Of a stretch of 64,000 nt of DNA, positions 13,439 through 24,505 are shown one piece after another. A model generated the notes under the pieces. It was not told the origin of the DNA. It ran no database searches and saw nothing but the letters and a program-made list of their open reading frames with translations. Every line of letters starts with the position of its first letter. Within the stretch, counting starts at the first letter, position 1. This DNA is from Williopsis jadinii (taxonomy: Eukaryota): contig AP024664.1 of assembly GCA_024346625.1 (NCBI GenBank), forward strand, positions 372,001-436,000, read 5' to 3'. The translations under genes and the position numbers were made by a program.

Positions 13439-14830
13439 AGAAGGGCACCATGGCTACGGAAAATCAATAACCAGGACTAGGCCGTTTTATTTTCTTTGCT
13501 TTTCTTATGGTTGATTGAAAATGAATAAAACAAAGAGAGAGTGGTGGAAAGAAAAGATGGAAGTAGGGACATAGAATTGACGTACGAGTGAGAAAAGAAA
13601 GATGTGTGAATACTATGGAGTCATAGCAACAAAGAGAAATTGATCTATTTCTACTATACAAAAGAGATTTGAGTGTCTGACTCACGCCGCTCCCCGTCAA
13701 AGATGCTAACACCAATACTACCCTTGAAGATAGAAGGTTGATGAATATGATTTATATACACAGGAAACTTGTTTCTTCTATGCTGTAATATTATGGTTTG
13801 TCTATCACGGCATACACATGGTCTACGAGGAAAGCTTTCTCGATGATGTAAATACACTGTTCTATCAAGCTGGAATGCCTTGCAAAAGGCTTCCGCAAGT
13901 TGAAAGTGCCCGTTAACCCCCATTTGCTATTTTTAAAGCCTAGTAAAACGCCAAATCATAAACAGGTGGCATCAGTTGGGCTGAGCACACATGATCGTCT
14001 GATCTGTTCGACAGGTCACGTTGCGGTTTATTTCCATATGAAAGTGGATATAACCCTGTTACAGAAACAAGTCCCGCCTCTTCCTCCACACAAACACATC
14101 CCGTTTCCATGGCGATCGTTGAAGCTGTTCGAGACCTCGTGAAAAAAAACACAGCTCTTTGTCCCCGTTTTAGAGTCGGAAGCTTTTTTTAAGCATCACG
14201 CTACCTGTTTCTGAAACAGGTGGGAAAAAACATGGTCTCGACCCTAACGGTAGTTCGGGTCAGGAAACGCAGTTGTGGAACAACAACTCCGGAGAGTAGC
14301 GGGAATGTTTTCATCTGTGCCGTTAAGTGTGATAAAACCAGGCTTATAATGAACTCGGCTCAAAGCTCTAAAGCTGTAGACCAATGAGCATCTCTTCAGT
14401 CGACGAGGGCCACTAAAAGAAGAGGCCGCAGGCCATATCCGTAATCCGTAGAAAGCGTCAGATTCCTATTGTTGTTGTTTATGTTTGTGCTGCACGTACC
14501 ATTTTGCGGAGAATCCTGGCGACAGCAGCAGAAAAAAGGAAGAAAAAGAAAAGAGTGAGAAGGGGAAAAAAGCACAAAAAGCAGAAAGAGACAACGAACG
14601 AAAGAACCTTCGATTTCTCCTCAACACAGCGGCTAACAGAGGACTGAGAAGACTACGACTAATCTCTCCTTCAGGTTCAAAGACTATTCTATTCACAAGG
14701 GTTAGGCATAGCGACAGTTGTTTCGGTTGCTGTTACTGGTTTTTGTCACCTTTTTTTGTCTCCCATCCATACAGATCGTACATCACCTATACATTACCTC
14801 AGCGCATCACAGCACAACAGATCTTCAACA

Positions 14831-16328
14831 ATGCCTGTCTATACAGTTTCACATGTGCGTATCGACTGTTTTATCGCTTGAGTGTCTATTGGAGTACTAA
14901 CGCTAGCGCGGTTCCGTCGTTATAGGTACAGAACATTAGAATCTGTGTGATCATGGTTGGACTACCAGCCAGGGGGAAGTCGTTCATCTCGCAAAAGAGT
15001 GAGTATTAACTATCATCTTGTATTCTGTGCTTAACATGGCGTAGCGCTAACATCGACCAACAGTTGTGAGATACCTATCGTGGCTCTCGATAAAGGCCAA
15101 ATGCTTCAACGTTGGTAACTATCGCCGTCAGGCGGCTTCCCATCCGACGGCTGATTTCTTTGATTCGCAAAACGAGGATGGGTTGAAAATTAGAGAGGAG
15201 GCGGCCACCGCTGCGGTTAACGATATGATGAAATGGTTCAACTCTGAGGATGGTGTTGTTGCCATACTCGATGCTACAAACACTACCAGGCAGAGAAGGG
15301 ACTGGCTACTGAGACTATGTAGGGAGAACTCGATCGAGCCAATGTTCTTGGAGAGCTGGTGCAATGATGAAAAGATCATCATGAAGAACATTGTCGATGT
15401 GAAGACAACCTCCCCTGACTACGAAGGTTTGGACCCGGACACCGCCGCATCGGACTTCATGAAACGTATCGACAAGTACCAGGAGATTTATGAACCTTTG
15501 ACCATTGAACAGGATGGTGACCTTACGTTTGTCAAGTTGATCAACGTTAGCGATCAGGTCATCATCAACAGAATCGAAACTTACCTTGAGAGCAGAATCG
15601 TCTACTATGTTATGAACTTACATATCAGACCAAGGTGTATATACCTTTCGAGACATGGTGAGTCCATGTATAACCTGGAGGGTAAGATTGGAGGAGATGC
15701 TGATCTTAGTGAACGTGGTTTTAAGTATGCTCAGAAGTTGCCAGAGTTGGTGAAGCAAGCTGCTGGAGACCAAGTTGATAACTTGACTGTGTGGACTTCA
15801 ACGTTGATCAGAACCCAGCAAACTGCACAGTTTTTGCAGCAGGACAAATTACAATGGAAGGCGTTGGATGAGTTGGACGCAGGAGCATGTGATGGACTAA
15901 CGTATGAAGAGATTGAAAAGCAATTCCCACAGGACTTCAAAGAGCGTGATGAAAACAAGTACGAATACCGCTATAGAGGTGGTGAGTCCTACAGAGACGT
16001 TGTCATTAGACTAGAGCCGATAATCATGGAGTTGGAACGCCAAGAGAACATCTTGATCATTACCCACCAAGCCGTGTTAAGATGCATCTATGCGTACTTC
16101 ATGAATGTACCTCAGGAAGAGTCCCCGTGGATGTCAATTCCATTGCACACTTTGATTAAATTGGAACCAAGAGCTTATCAGACGATTGTTCAAAGGATCA
16201 AAGCAGATATCCCAGCTGTGAGTACCTACAAAGAAAAGGGTACCAGTCAGTTGGGTGAAAGCCACGCCAGTGGAAACAGCTCTAAGAACTTGATCACAGG
16301 AGCTCCTATTGATAAGAAAGATGGGTGA
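14831..16328 (+). CDS. FBP26: Fructose-2,6-bisphosphatase (PFK2/FBPase2 family), 3 exons (14831-14854, 14926-14998, 15064-16328), 453 aa
   Basis: Spliced N-terminus MPVYTVSHVQNIRICVIMVGLPARGKSFISQKIVRYLSWLSIKAKCFNVGNYRR; phosphatase motif LSRHGES; YRYRGGESY. Confidence 0.93.
14855..14925 (+). other. FBP26 intron 1 (71 nt)
   Basis: GTGCGT donor, perfect TACTAAC at 14895-14901, TAG at 14923-14925. The phase-0 join gives a homolog-length N-terminus. Confidence 0.78.
14999..15063 (+). other. FBP26 intron 2 (65 nt)
   Basis: GTGAGT donor, CGCTAAC at 15045-15051, CAG at 15061-15063. A|TT restores Ile in SQKIVRYL. Confidence 0.9.
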
Positions 16329-17303
16329 ACACTATTTCAGTGTCAAGTTATGGAGAGCACTATCATACTATAATTATCAATTTGGAAATGATCCAATGAC
16401 TTTGCAGTACATAACAGAAAATAAACAAGAGAAAAAAAACCAGTTTTTAATAAACAATTGTGTAGATGTTATTCATAGAGTAAGTCTAACTTTAGCGTCC
16501 ATAGATTGCTATATAATTCTATATATTTTGTACAGAATTTGGATGCTGTTGAGCCATTACAATTCGTGGTGTGATCGGTGCGTGCCTCAAAGAGTTTCAC
16601 TGTGCCACATTTCATGAGGTTTGATTAGGGTGATGATCTTCGTTATTTATAATAAGGCATGAGACATCTACAAGCTAACTGTCTAAATATACAATCGCAG
16701 GTATTAATGGTAATAGCAGTATTATATTGTCTCTCCATCAACTATTTGAATTTTGTAGTGTAAAATCGATGTCTTATTTCTAAAAAATGGTATATAAAAA
16801 TGGAATTCCTTTATGTAATAATGTACAAGAAGGGATGGTATAAGCTATTAAACACTATTAATCCACGAAAACAACAAAATTAGCCAATAAGGACATAATT
16901 TATACCATTATTTGAGCCAAAATGGCAGGATGATAGACTACATTGGTGTTTCTGGTGTCCAGGTGTATTATGGCACAAATATATACAGTCTCACGTGATA
17001 GGCACGTGACTCTTACCTGATTTACCTTAGCCCCATTTCAATTGAGTGGGCAAATATCTTTATGGCACTGGTGACAAATGGCCTATACTCTCGAGATTGT
17101 AGCTCCTACTCACTCACTGCCACTTCTCTAAGACTACTAGCCGAGCAGGTTTGGATACCAGGGCATTGACTAAACTTGATCTCTGCTAAGATTGCAGCAT
17201 ACACTACACTGCTGGTAATGTTAAACGGTTTAAGAAGGAATAATATAAGGATTCATCGACGGAAATGAAGAATATGGAATCTTGCTGCAGTTAATAAACA
17301 TCA

Positions 17304-18791
17304 TCAAGAGTTATCATCACAGGAGAACGCACCAGAAATGGCCCCACTAGCGTAGGCATCTGCGATGTTGGCGACAGAGCCATACACTCCAGTGCATAAG
17401 ATGTAGACACCAATAGCCACGCAAAGGAAGCTGAAGCAGACATCTATCTTGTTACGTCCGGTACTGCCCCAGCAACCATTCGATCTGAAGATCCAGCTCA
17501 GGTCCTGTGGTGCAGTTCCAGTGTGTCTGTAGTTCATATCGTAAAGACACATGAGACCAGGAATAATCAGTGCAAATGCGCTACCAAACAGGGCCCCAAT
17601 AAGCGATAGAAGATCATTGAAAAATGGAATTGCACAGGCAATGACGAATCCAACGATGATCACAATGAACATCATTCCAGTCCAGGTAAGCCAATGTACC
17701 ATGGTGTTCCTCTGCATGTGGTGAGAGCCTCTGAGAACACGAACCAGTGCGTATTTGGCTGGAAGGTGGGCTTGGAAGAAACATGAGAACAGCAAGCCTG
17801 GAAGTGCAATGGCATAGCCAATGAGTTGGAAAAGCTCTCCCGCAGAGCCCAAAGCTGGTGAGGCAATGTACTGGCCGACTTTAGCATACATGATAGATCC
17901 AATTGCGATGTAGTTGAACACGATGAAAGATTGGCCCATCAGCAGCGATTTCGCATATTGGTGTTGGTCCTTCATCTCTGCATGGATTGTGAAGAAAGAT
18001 GCCGCACCACATAACGAGAACAATTGAGTAGCTACCGAAGAGGCTATGCTCTGATACGACGAGCCCGTGCCTGCAACTTGGACGATGACACTGACGGGTC
18101 CTTCAACATCATCAGCAGCAGCAGGTCTCGATTGTGTAAGGCATGCAATGGCAACAACCCAAATAGCCATGAAGATAGATAGAACAGCTATGTAACCACA
18201 CCATGAAAGGACTTTCATGGTTCTTGTGAACAGTGCAAGAACAAAGGTGATTGATGCTGCAATGCCAACATAACCGACTGTACACATACCATGATGGCTA
18301 AAAGTGTTGAAAGCAATAGAGACGGTCAACACTGCAGCACCATAACTGAGAGTATAAAAGAGCCAATAGGCACCTGCAATGGTTTCACGGGCAGCTTTTC
18401 CAAACAGTATATCAGTGGCATCGTCAATGCTGTAGACTTTCGGATGGGCAATTCGGAAATCACCAATGACCAGCCCGGTCCAGGTAACTAGTACACATAG
18501 CCCAATCAAGCTGATCAATCCAGGGACAAAGCCTAGCACTTCAAGTGTTGAAGGTATACCAAGCACACCCAGACCAAGCTGAGATTTGGCAATTAAGACG
18601 GCTGCACCGATCTGGGTAACACCTCTATAATCCGGTCCTTCTTCAGTTTGGACAAAGACATTATCTTCTTCAATATCATTGATATCTTTCTCATGGAGCG
18701 ATCCACTCTCGACGTTATTGTATTCCTTGAGAGGGATCGAATCAGGCTTGACTTTGCTATCCGTTTGTAAAAGACCAGAGGATGAAGACAT
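17304..18791 (-). CDS. Amino acid/auxin permease (Aa_trans, Mtr-like neutral amino acid transporter), 495 aa
   Basis: About 11 hydrophobic segments; KSQLGLGVLGIPS, HPKVYSIDD, FFTIHAEMKD, SPALGSAG and IPFFNDLLSLIGAL motifs; C-terminal FSCDDNS. Confidence 0.88.
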   Translation of the reverse strand: MSSSSGLLQTDSKVKPDSIPLKEYNNVESGSLHEKDINDIEEDNVFVQTEEGPDYRGVTQIGAAVLIAKSQLGLGVLGIPSTLEVLGFVPGLISLIGLCVLVTWTGLVIGDFRIAHPKVYSIDDATDILFGKAARETIAGAYWLFYTLSYGAAVLTVSIAFNTFSHHGMCTVGYVGIAASITFVLALFTRTMKVLSWCGYIAVLSIFMAIWVVAIACLTQSRPAAADDVEGPVSVIVQVAGTGSSYQSIASSVATQLFSLCGAASFFTIHAEMKDQHQYAKSLLMGQSFIVFNYIAIGSIMYAKVGQYIASPALGSAGELFQLIGYAIALPGLLFSCFFQAHLPAKYALVRVLRGSHHMQRNTMVHWLTWTGMMFIVIIVGFVIACAIPFFNDLLSLIGALFGSAFALIIPGLMCLYDMNYRHTGTAPQDLSWIFRSNGCWGSTGRNKIDVCFSFLCVAIGVYILCTGVYGSVANIADAYASGAISGAFSCDDNS

Positions 18792-19712
18792 TAGTTTATT
18801 AAATCAAATTATGTGTATGAATATATCCACAGGCTTTGAGTACTGTGCTACTTAGATTGAGAATACTTCACATTAATGACAATATGGTACGTTTAAGTAC
18901 ACATCAATGGATAAAACTTCAACATGAACCAAATCCGTATCTGCATAAAGTGGAGGGGGAAATCTCTCAGCACACGTAATAGTTTGGTAGATTGTCTATC
19001 TACAAACTACGTAATACATATAAAGATATATAGCATGCTGTGCCTGTTGTTCTTTCTTTTCTTTTCTTTCTAATTTCAGTCATTGCTTCTACGTAATTGT
19101 ATTGGTGTAGCCGACTGATTTCCCGCATTTCCACAATCTTTAGCTGTAATAATCCACCAGAAAACACTGTAAAGAGAGGCTTGGATGTATGTTATGGGCT
19201 AAGTGTACTATCAGCTGAGATTGGTTATAGCAAGTGGCGATGAAATGTGAAACCTCTTGGTCTTCACGGGGTCCCTGTCCCGACGATGCATAATGAAGCA
19301 GGATTGATACAGCTCATGTTGAACTGCTCTGCTTTCATTACAGGAGGAAGGTGAAGGGCTTAGCGAAGTACTATCACACATTTTAAGAGGCATTTGTCAC
19401 TTTATGACTCGGGATTTGTGGAGACTCGCTGGTTTCCAGCAGACAGGTGGGTTGTTGGTTGTTGACTCTGGGTAACTTTTTACTCTACAGCATCAAAATG
19501 TTGAGAATGACTCTGGAAACTGCCAATTGGTCACGTCAAGAATGCTAGTTATATTGTGAACTCAAGGATTTGTTTATGTGATTGGATTGTTGGGCAGTGG
19601 AAAGTGCCGTCCATTTCACTGTCTTCTTTGCTCAACGAGTAATCAATTCTTCTTTTTTGCATACGCTTTGTAATATGTAATAACAAGATAAATTTACTTT
19701 ATTGCATAAACA

Positions 19713-21404
19713 TTATTTTCCCAGTTGTTTCAGATTCTTATACTCTGGGTAAAGCAATCTCTCATATGCCTGGTCGTAGAGACCATCAGTAACACCGTAG
19801 TGGCGTATTGACAAGTTGGATGCATCAACCAAGTCTTCGTTGAGGTCAGAGATCTTGTCAACCCCCAGTAACTTCATATTGTTAACCATCTCAACTCTCA
19901 AGATTTCAAACAACTTGTTAACACCTTCCTCGCCATAGCCAGACATAGCGTATAAGAAAGGACGTCCCATTCCAACACCTTTTGCACCAAGACATAAAGC
20001 TTTGACGATATCAGATCCTCTGCGGAGACCACCGTCAACGTAGAGCTCAATGTTGTTCTCCAAACCCTTTTCCTTTAACATTCTTCTGGCCTCGACAAGA
20101 ACCTCTAATGGCGGACGAGAGAAATCTAGTTGTCTACCTCCATGGTTAGAAAGGATACATGCTTTGATACCATTTTGGGCTGCGAGAACAACGTCTTCGC
20201 CCCTTTGAACACCTTTAAGACAGATTGGAACATCTGTGGCCTCTTGGATTCTCTTGATCTCTTTCCAGCAGAATCTTCTTGGGTATTTGACCCTCCCGTT
20301 ATTGGCTATCACTGATAACTGATCTGCAGCATCTTGATCTTCAACTCTCTTCTTCGAGTCTCTTTCTCTGTTACCCAAGTCTGCGAGATCAACGTTAACA
20401 AACAAGCCTCTCATGTTACCTGTAGCCTCCATACGCTTAATCGTCTTCTCAACGTTGTCCAGCTCCTCCTGAGAATCAAAATGCAATTGAAACCAGTGCT
20501 TCTGATCATCTGGAACTTCTTCAAAGAACTCCTCAAGTGGATATGACAAAAGCTTTGGAATCATCTGCATGATGCCATTATCGTACGCAGCTCTTTGAAG
20601 AATCCTCTCTCCTAATGGATGGGCAAATTTAGACCCAGCAAAGGCAGTGATGTATAGTGGCATTTGAACTTCATCGCCTAAGAAAGTCGTAGATAAGTCT
20701 GGCGGGCCAATCTCCTGCAAAACTTTTGGTCTAAAGAACACTCTACCATAGGCATAGTGGTTATGTCTCATGGAGAACTCATCTGAAGCACCTGTGCAAA
20801 AGTAGATGTAGGTTGTTTGTGGTAAGATGTGTTTTGCAACAAATTCGAAATCGGTCAGGTTAAAGATTGCCTGGATCGGAGGTTTGTTCTGGAGATTCTC
20901 CCTAATTTGTAACATCTCTGGTGTTAATTCCTCTTCAAATTCACCTTCCAATGAGCCCATGTGCTCGATGAAATTACTCATCTTGGCCAAAACCTCCTTC
21001 GAGTGCATCTGGCCAAACTCGATGGAGGCATCTTTGCCTGCGTACTTCATGAGTCTTTCCTTACCACCTGGGTGGACTTGAAGGAAGTTTGTGACGTTGA
21101 AGACTTCACCGTTGATTGCAATCCAACAATCTTCAGAGTGATTGTGCTTCTGAACCTCAACCACTGGGAAAGTTCTTCTGCTGGCGAATCCAGCATCGTT
21201 CTCAATATTGTTGCTATTGTTAGAGATGACCGTAAACGAAGCTCCGGCAAATGCAAGGACAAGTGTTGAAGAAACTGCAACCTTCACATAGGAATTGCGC
21301 TTCCAACTAATGAACATTGTATCAGTGCCCTTGGTGCTTGTAGAACTATTCCGGTAGAGCTTTGCGTTTCTCTTGAAAGATCTGTGTAATATGCTTCTCA
21401 ACAT
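19713..21404 (-). CDS. Flavocytochrome b2-like (cytochrome b5 domain + FMN-dependent 2-hydroxyacid dehydrogenase), mitochondrial intermembrane-space type, about 563 aa
   Basis: Basic presequence plus hydrophobic stretch; heme domain (KHNHSEDCWIAINGEVFNVTNFLQVHPGG); LKGVQ, SNHGGRQLD and DGGLRRGSDIVKALCLGA motifs. Divergent substrate-pocket residues suggest a CYB2 paralog. Confidence 0.9.
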   Translation of the reverse strand: MLRSILHRSFKRNAKLYRNSSTSTKGTDTMFISWKRNSYVKVAVSSTLVLAFAGASFTVISNNSNNIENDAGFASRRTFPVVEVQKHNHSEDCWIAINGEVFNVTNFLQVHPGGKERLMKYAGKDASIEFGQMHSKEVLAKMSNFIEHMGSLEGEFEEELTPEMLQIRENLQNKPPIQAIFNLTDFEFVAKHILPQTTYIYFCTGASDEFSMRHNHYAYGRVFFRPKVLQEIGPPDLSTTFLGDEVQMPLYITAFAGSKFAHPLGERILQRAAYDNGIMQMIPKLLSYPLEEFFEEVPDDQKHWFQLHFDSQEELDNVEKTIKRMEATGNMRGLFVNVDLADLGNRERDSKKRVEDQDAADQLSVIANNGRVKYPRRFCWKEIKRIQEATDVPICLKGVQRGEDVVLAAQNGIKACILSNHGGRQLDFSRPPLEVLVEARRMLKEKGLENNIELYVDGGLRRGSDIVKALCLGAKGVGMGRPFLYAMSGYGEEGVNKLFEILRVEMVNNMKLLGVDKISDLNEDLVDASNLSIRHYGVTDGLYDQAYERLLYPEYKNLKQLGK

Positions 21405-22848
21405 GGCTATGGTCGAAGACACTCACTTGAAGATGCGCATTTGAAAGGAGCATCAGAAGAAGGAGCAAGACTGAAATAGTAACATTTATCTACCCTGGAA
21501 GTACTCGAGCTGGTCACCAGCAGCTGACTGTGTAAATTGTCGAGAATCACACACCACACTCTTTTTACCGCAAAATACAAGTAGTGGAGATACTGACTCG
21601 TTTGTTGACTCTGTCTACGGTGCTGCGTTACGCTAAGTTGCCGTTTGCTTACAACTTGAGCGGGGCTGCTGCGAAATAGAGATGTCTACTGAACTGGCAA
21701 CACCTCAATACTATACACAGTGACTAATAGAGAGCTGAATCACGCTTTGCTCATGTCTTTTGAAAGAGGAACGAAAACATGGTAACAATCCTGCAACATC
21801 ATGTACAGCGCGATTTGTGCATAAGCACTGTCAGTTTGATGAACCAAGCGACGAGTCGGAAAGAACCGCCAAAAAGCACCAGGCTCAACCGTCAATCCAA
21901 CCATTTTCGGAAGGTGATGCTCTGTGATATGGCTCTGACTGTAGAGGAGACTGAATTGATAAGAAACACATTTTCATTGGCTAAGGACAACGTCTTGAGG
22001 TTACGAAACCCGGAGGTCTTGATGGTCCTGTATGTTTCACAGCTTAGGTGAAATAAGGAGCAGAGATACCACAAGTGGTGGAGAACAGCCAGCCGGATGA
22101 GCTTGGCTCAGAGCTGGCAATACGAGGAAATTGTCGAGAGACCAAGCGTTGTTACTTTATAGGAGTGGTGCGTGATGTAGATCATGATGTGCGCTTCGTA
22201 TCTTCTTTTTAGCTCCTGAGAACTCGTAGCAGCTGGCTGGAAGCAGAGATCTGATACACATGGTGGAACGAGAAGTAGACCTGCCAATGGTCTATTCGCA
22301 TACGCTGTTATTTTCAGTGACATATCGAAACTCTTCTTATATGATGAAGAAAGTAAAGACAAGTGTATAATTGTATCTGTCCCAATTTCCTTTCTTCTTC
22401 CCCTTTCATTATACGGCCACCATGATCTTTTCCCGGCGAAGACGGCATTGCGGAATGGAGTATTCAAGAGAGACTCGGCTCTAGGCAGTAGGAATATCCT
22501 TCTTCAGCTGAAAATGTTGCTCTGCTCCGCAATTGGAACCATTTCCAAGAACAGCCATCTTAAGCGATGACTGGCCCAGGCCGTGACGTGAAACAATTGG
22601 AAACTGGGGTGCATCTATCCACGTTTACATTTCTCTTCTTTTACAGGTGAATAACAGGTTTACTGAAAAATGGAGCCCCAGTTTTAGTATGTAAAAGTCG
22701 GTATGGGCGTATCATGAGGGCTCTACATTCAGAGGAGAGCCATTCTCGAGTTTAACATAGATTAAGGCCACTGAGCTTACCGCATTTCTACAATTGATAC
22801 TTGAAGAAGCTGAGATGAGCCATATTAAATCCACACACCACACAATCC

Positions 22849-23739
22849 TCACTTGTAGACTCTCTTAGCTAAGATTGTCGTAAGCTTTGCGTATGCCTCC
22901 TCGCTCAATGGCAAGTTTGGCTTTCTCACTGGTCCAACAGACTCACAAATGATCTCATGACCAGTCTTAATACCCACAGGGTAGCTTCCTTGCTCCATGA
23001 AGTCACTGACTTCCCAGAGGAACTTCCACAACCGTCTTGCCTTATCGAGGTCCTTTGCTTGGAAGGCATCCCACAAATCAACACATTCTCTTGGAACAAT
23101 GGAGGCGACACCCCACACAATGGCCTCAGCACCACCGGCCAAAGCAAAGAAGGTAAGTGTATCCCAGCCACAGAACGCAGTGAGACCTTCAACAGGGTTG
23201 GTCAAGAGATCAGTAAGCTCCTTAGCGTTACCAGAGGTGTCCTTCAAATAGTCAAAGTTCTTGATCTTTCCCAGCTCTCTCAATTGGTTAGCGTCAAGCT
23301 TTACACCGGTGGCATGTGGCAAGTTGTAGTATATCAATGGGATGTTGATGGAACCACACACATCTTCGTAGAACTGGTACAACTCTTTCCATGCCAATGG
23401 GTCGTAGTATGGTGGAACAACCATGACAGCATCAGCCCCAGAATTCTCAGCGAATTGGACCATTTCAATGGCCATCTCAGTGGAAGTGCAACCGATACCA
23501 GACACAACGGTGATTCTTCCTTCAGCAGCATTGATGTATGCCTTGATGACTTGCTTTTGCTCTTCAACGCTGAGGGCTGGGAACTCGCCTGTGGTACCGG
23601 TGGTGACGATACCATGGATACCACCCTTGATATATCTTTCTGTCTGTCTCTTGATGTTTTCAAGATCCAGAGCCTTCCCATCAGCAGTCAGTGGTGTTGG
23701 GACTGCTGCGAGAATACCTTCAATCTTTTTTGGGGTCAT
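22849..23739 (-). CDS. DHDPS/NAL-family class I (Schiff-base) aldolase, about 296 aa
   Basis: GILAAVPTP, GTTGEF, VPPYY, YYNLPHATG, Schiff-base Lys in LKDTSG, GWD and GPVRKP motifs. An upstream in-frame ATG at 23763 is also possible. Confidence 0.9.
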   Translation of the reverse strand: MTPKKIEGILAAVPTPLTADGKALDLENIKRQTERYIKGGIHGIVTTGTTGEFPALSVEEQKQVIKAYINAAEGRITVVSGIGCTSTEMAIEMVQFAENSGADAVMVVPPYYDPLAWKELYQFYEDVCGSINIPLIYYNLPHATGVKLDANQLRELGKIKNFDYLKDTSGNAKELTDLLTNPVEGLTAFCGWDTLTFFALAGGAEAIVWGVASIVPRECVDLWDAFQAKDLDKARRLWKFLWEVSDFMEQGSYPVGIKTGHEIICESVGPVRKPNLPLSEEAYAKLTTILAKRVYK

Positions 23740-24438
23740 TTTGTATTTCTTGTGCTTATACATATAAGCTCCTTATAGGAACTACTTCTGAAGAAAGAAT
23801 ATGAGAGAAAGGACTACCATTATATACGTATAAATCACCCACAAACGTATAGGAAGAAGAGGAGTCTTCCGTTAAGAGTATCAGCAACCGACAAGCTCTC
23901 TCTTTCCATTCAACAAGTTGTGTTTCCTGGAGAAGGTATCTACATGTGCGCTTTACACCCGTAGAGGAACTACAGTGACTGGGCGCAGGGTACAAGAATG
24001 CGGGTTAACAGTGCTGGTCGCTGTCTACAAAAGGGGAAACTGTATCTTCTACTCCAGTTGTAGCCAAAGGTGATCGCCTAGAAGGCCTTAGTGTTGCTGA
24101 TTGTCCAGTATATGTACATTTCTTTTTCCTTTAAGCTGCACATCTGCATCATAGATATTGGAAAGTGTAGAGATGATTCCTGAGTCAAACAGTTCAATGG
24201 TCATGTAAACGTTTCCCAGGAACACCCATATTCCGAGTCAATTCGTGCCATTGTATACCTTGGGACTTCATGATAGAACTGGGCGTGATAATCTGTGTGG
24301 GGAGGAGAGAGAGAGAACTGAAACTCTTGGTCACTTTACAGGAGGGGGAGTCAACTTCCCGTTTATACATTTCAAGAGGCTTTTACCGGAATGTGGTTGA
24401 ATCCTGTTGACTAATGAGCAACTTCTTATCCTTTTTGG

Positions 24439-24446
24439 TATAAATA
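24439..24446 (+). promoter_or_regulatory. TATA box of the aldehyde dehydrogenase gene
   Basis: TATAAATA about 60 bp upstream of the ATG at 24506. Confidence 0.55.
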
Positions 24447-24505
24447 GTCCAGTGTACTTCATACTTCGAGCCTGTAGGCCAAAATGAGATCGTAACCATA
24501 GAACC

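Noticed and set aside
16330..17010. Point centromere (CDEI-like boxes next to AT-rich DNA)
   Set aside because: No CDEIII-like CCGAA element found, and the DNA adjacent to the boxes is not AT-rich enough for CDEII.
22849..23739. True dihydrodipicolinate synthase (dapA) or an L-rhamnose LRA cluster
   Set aside because: Lacks the DapA substrate-binding Arg, yeasts use the aminoadipate pathway, and no LRA1-3-like genes are nearby.
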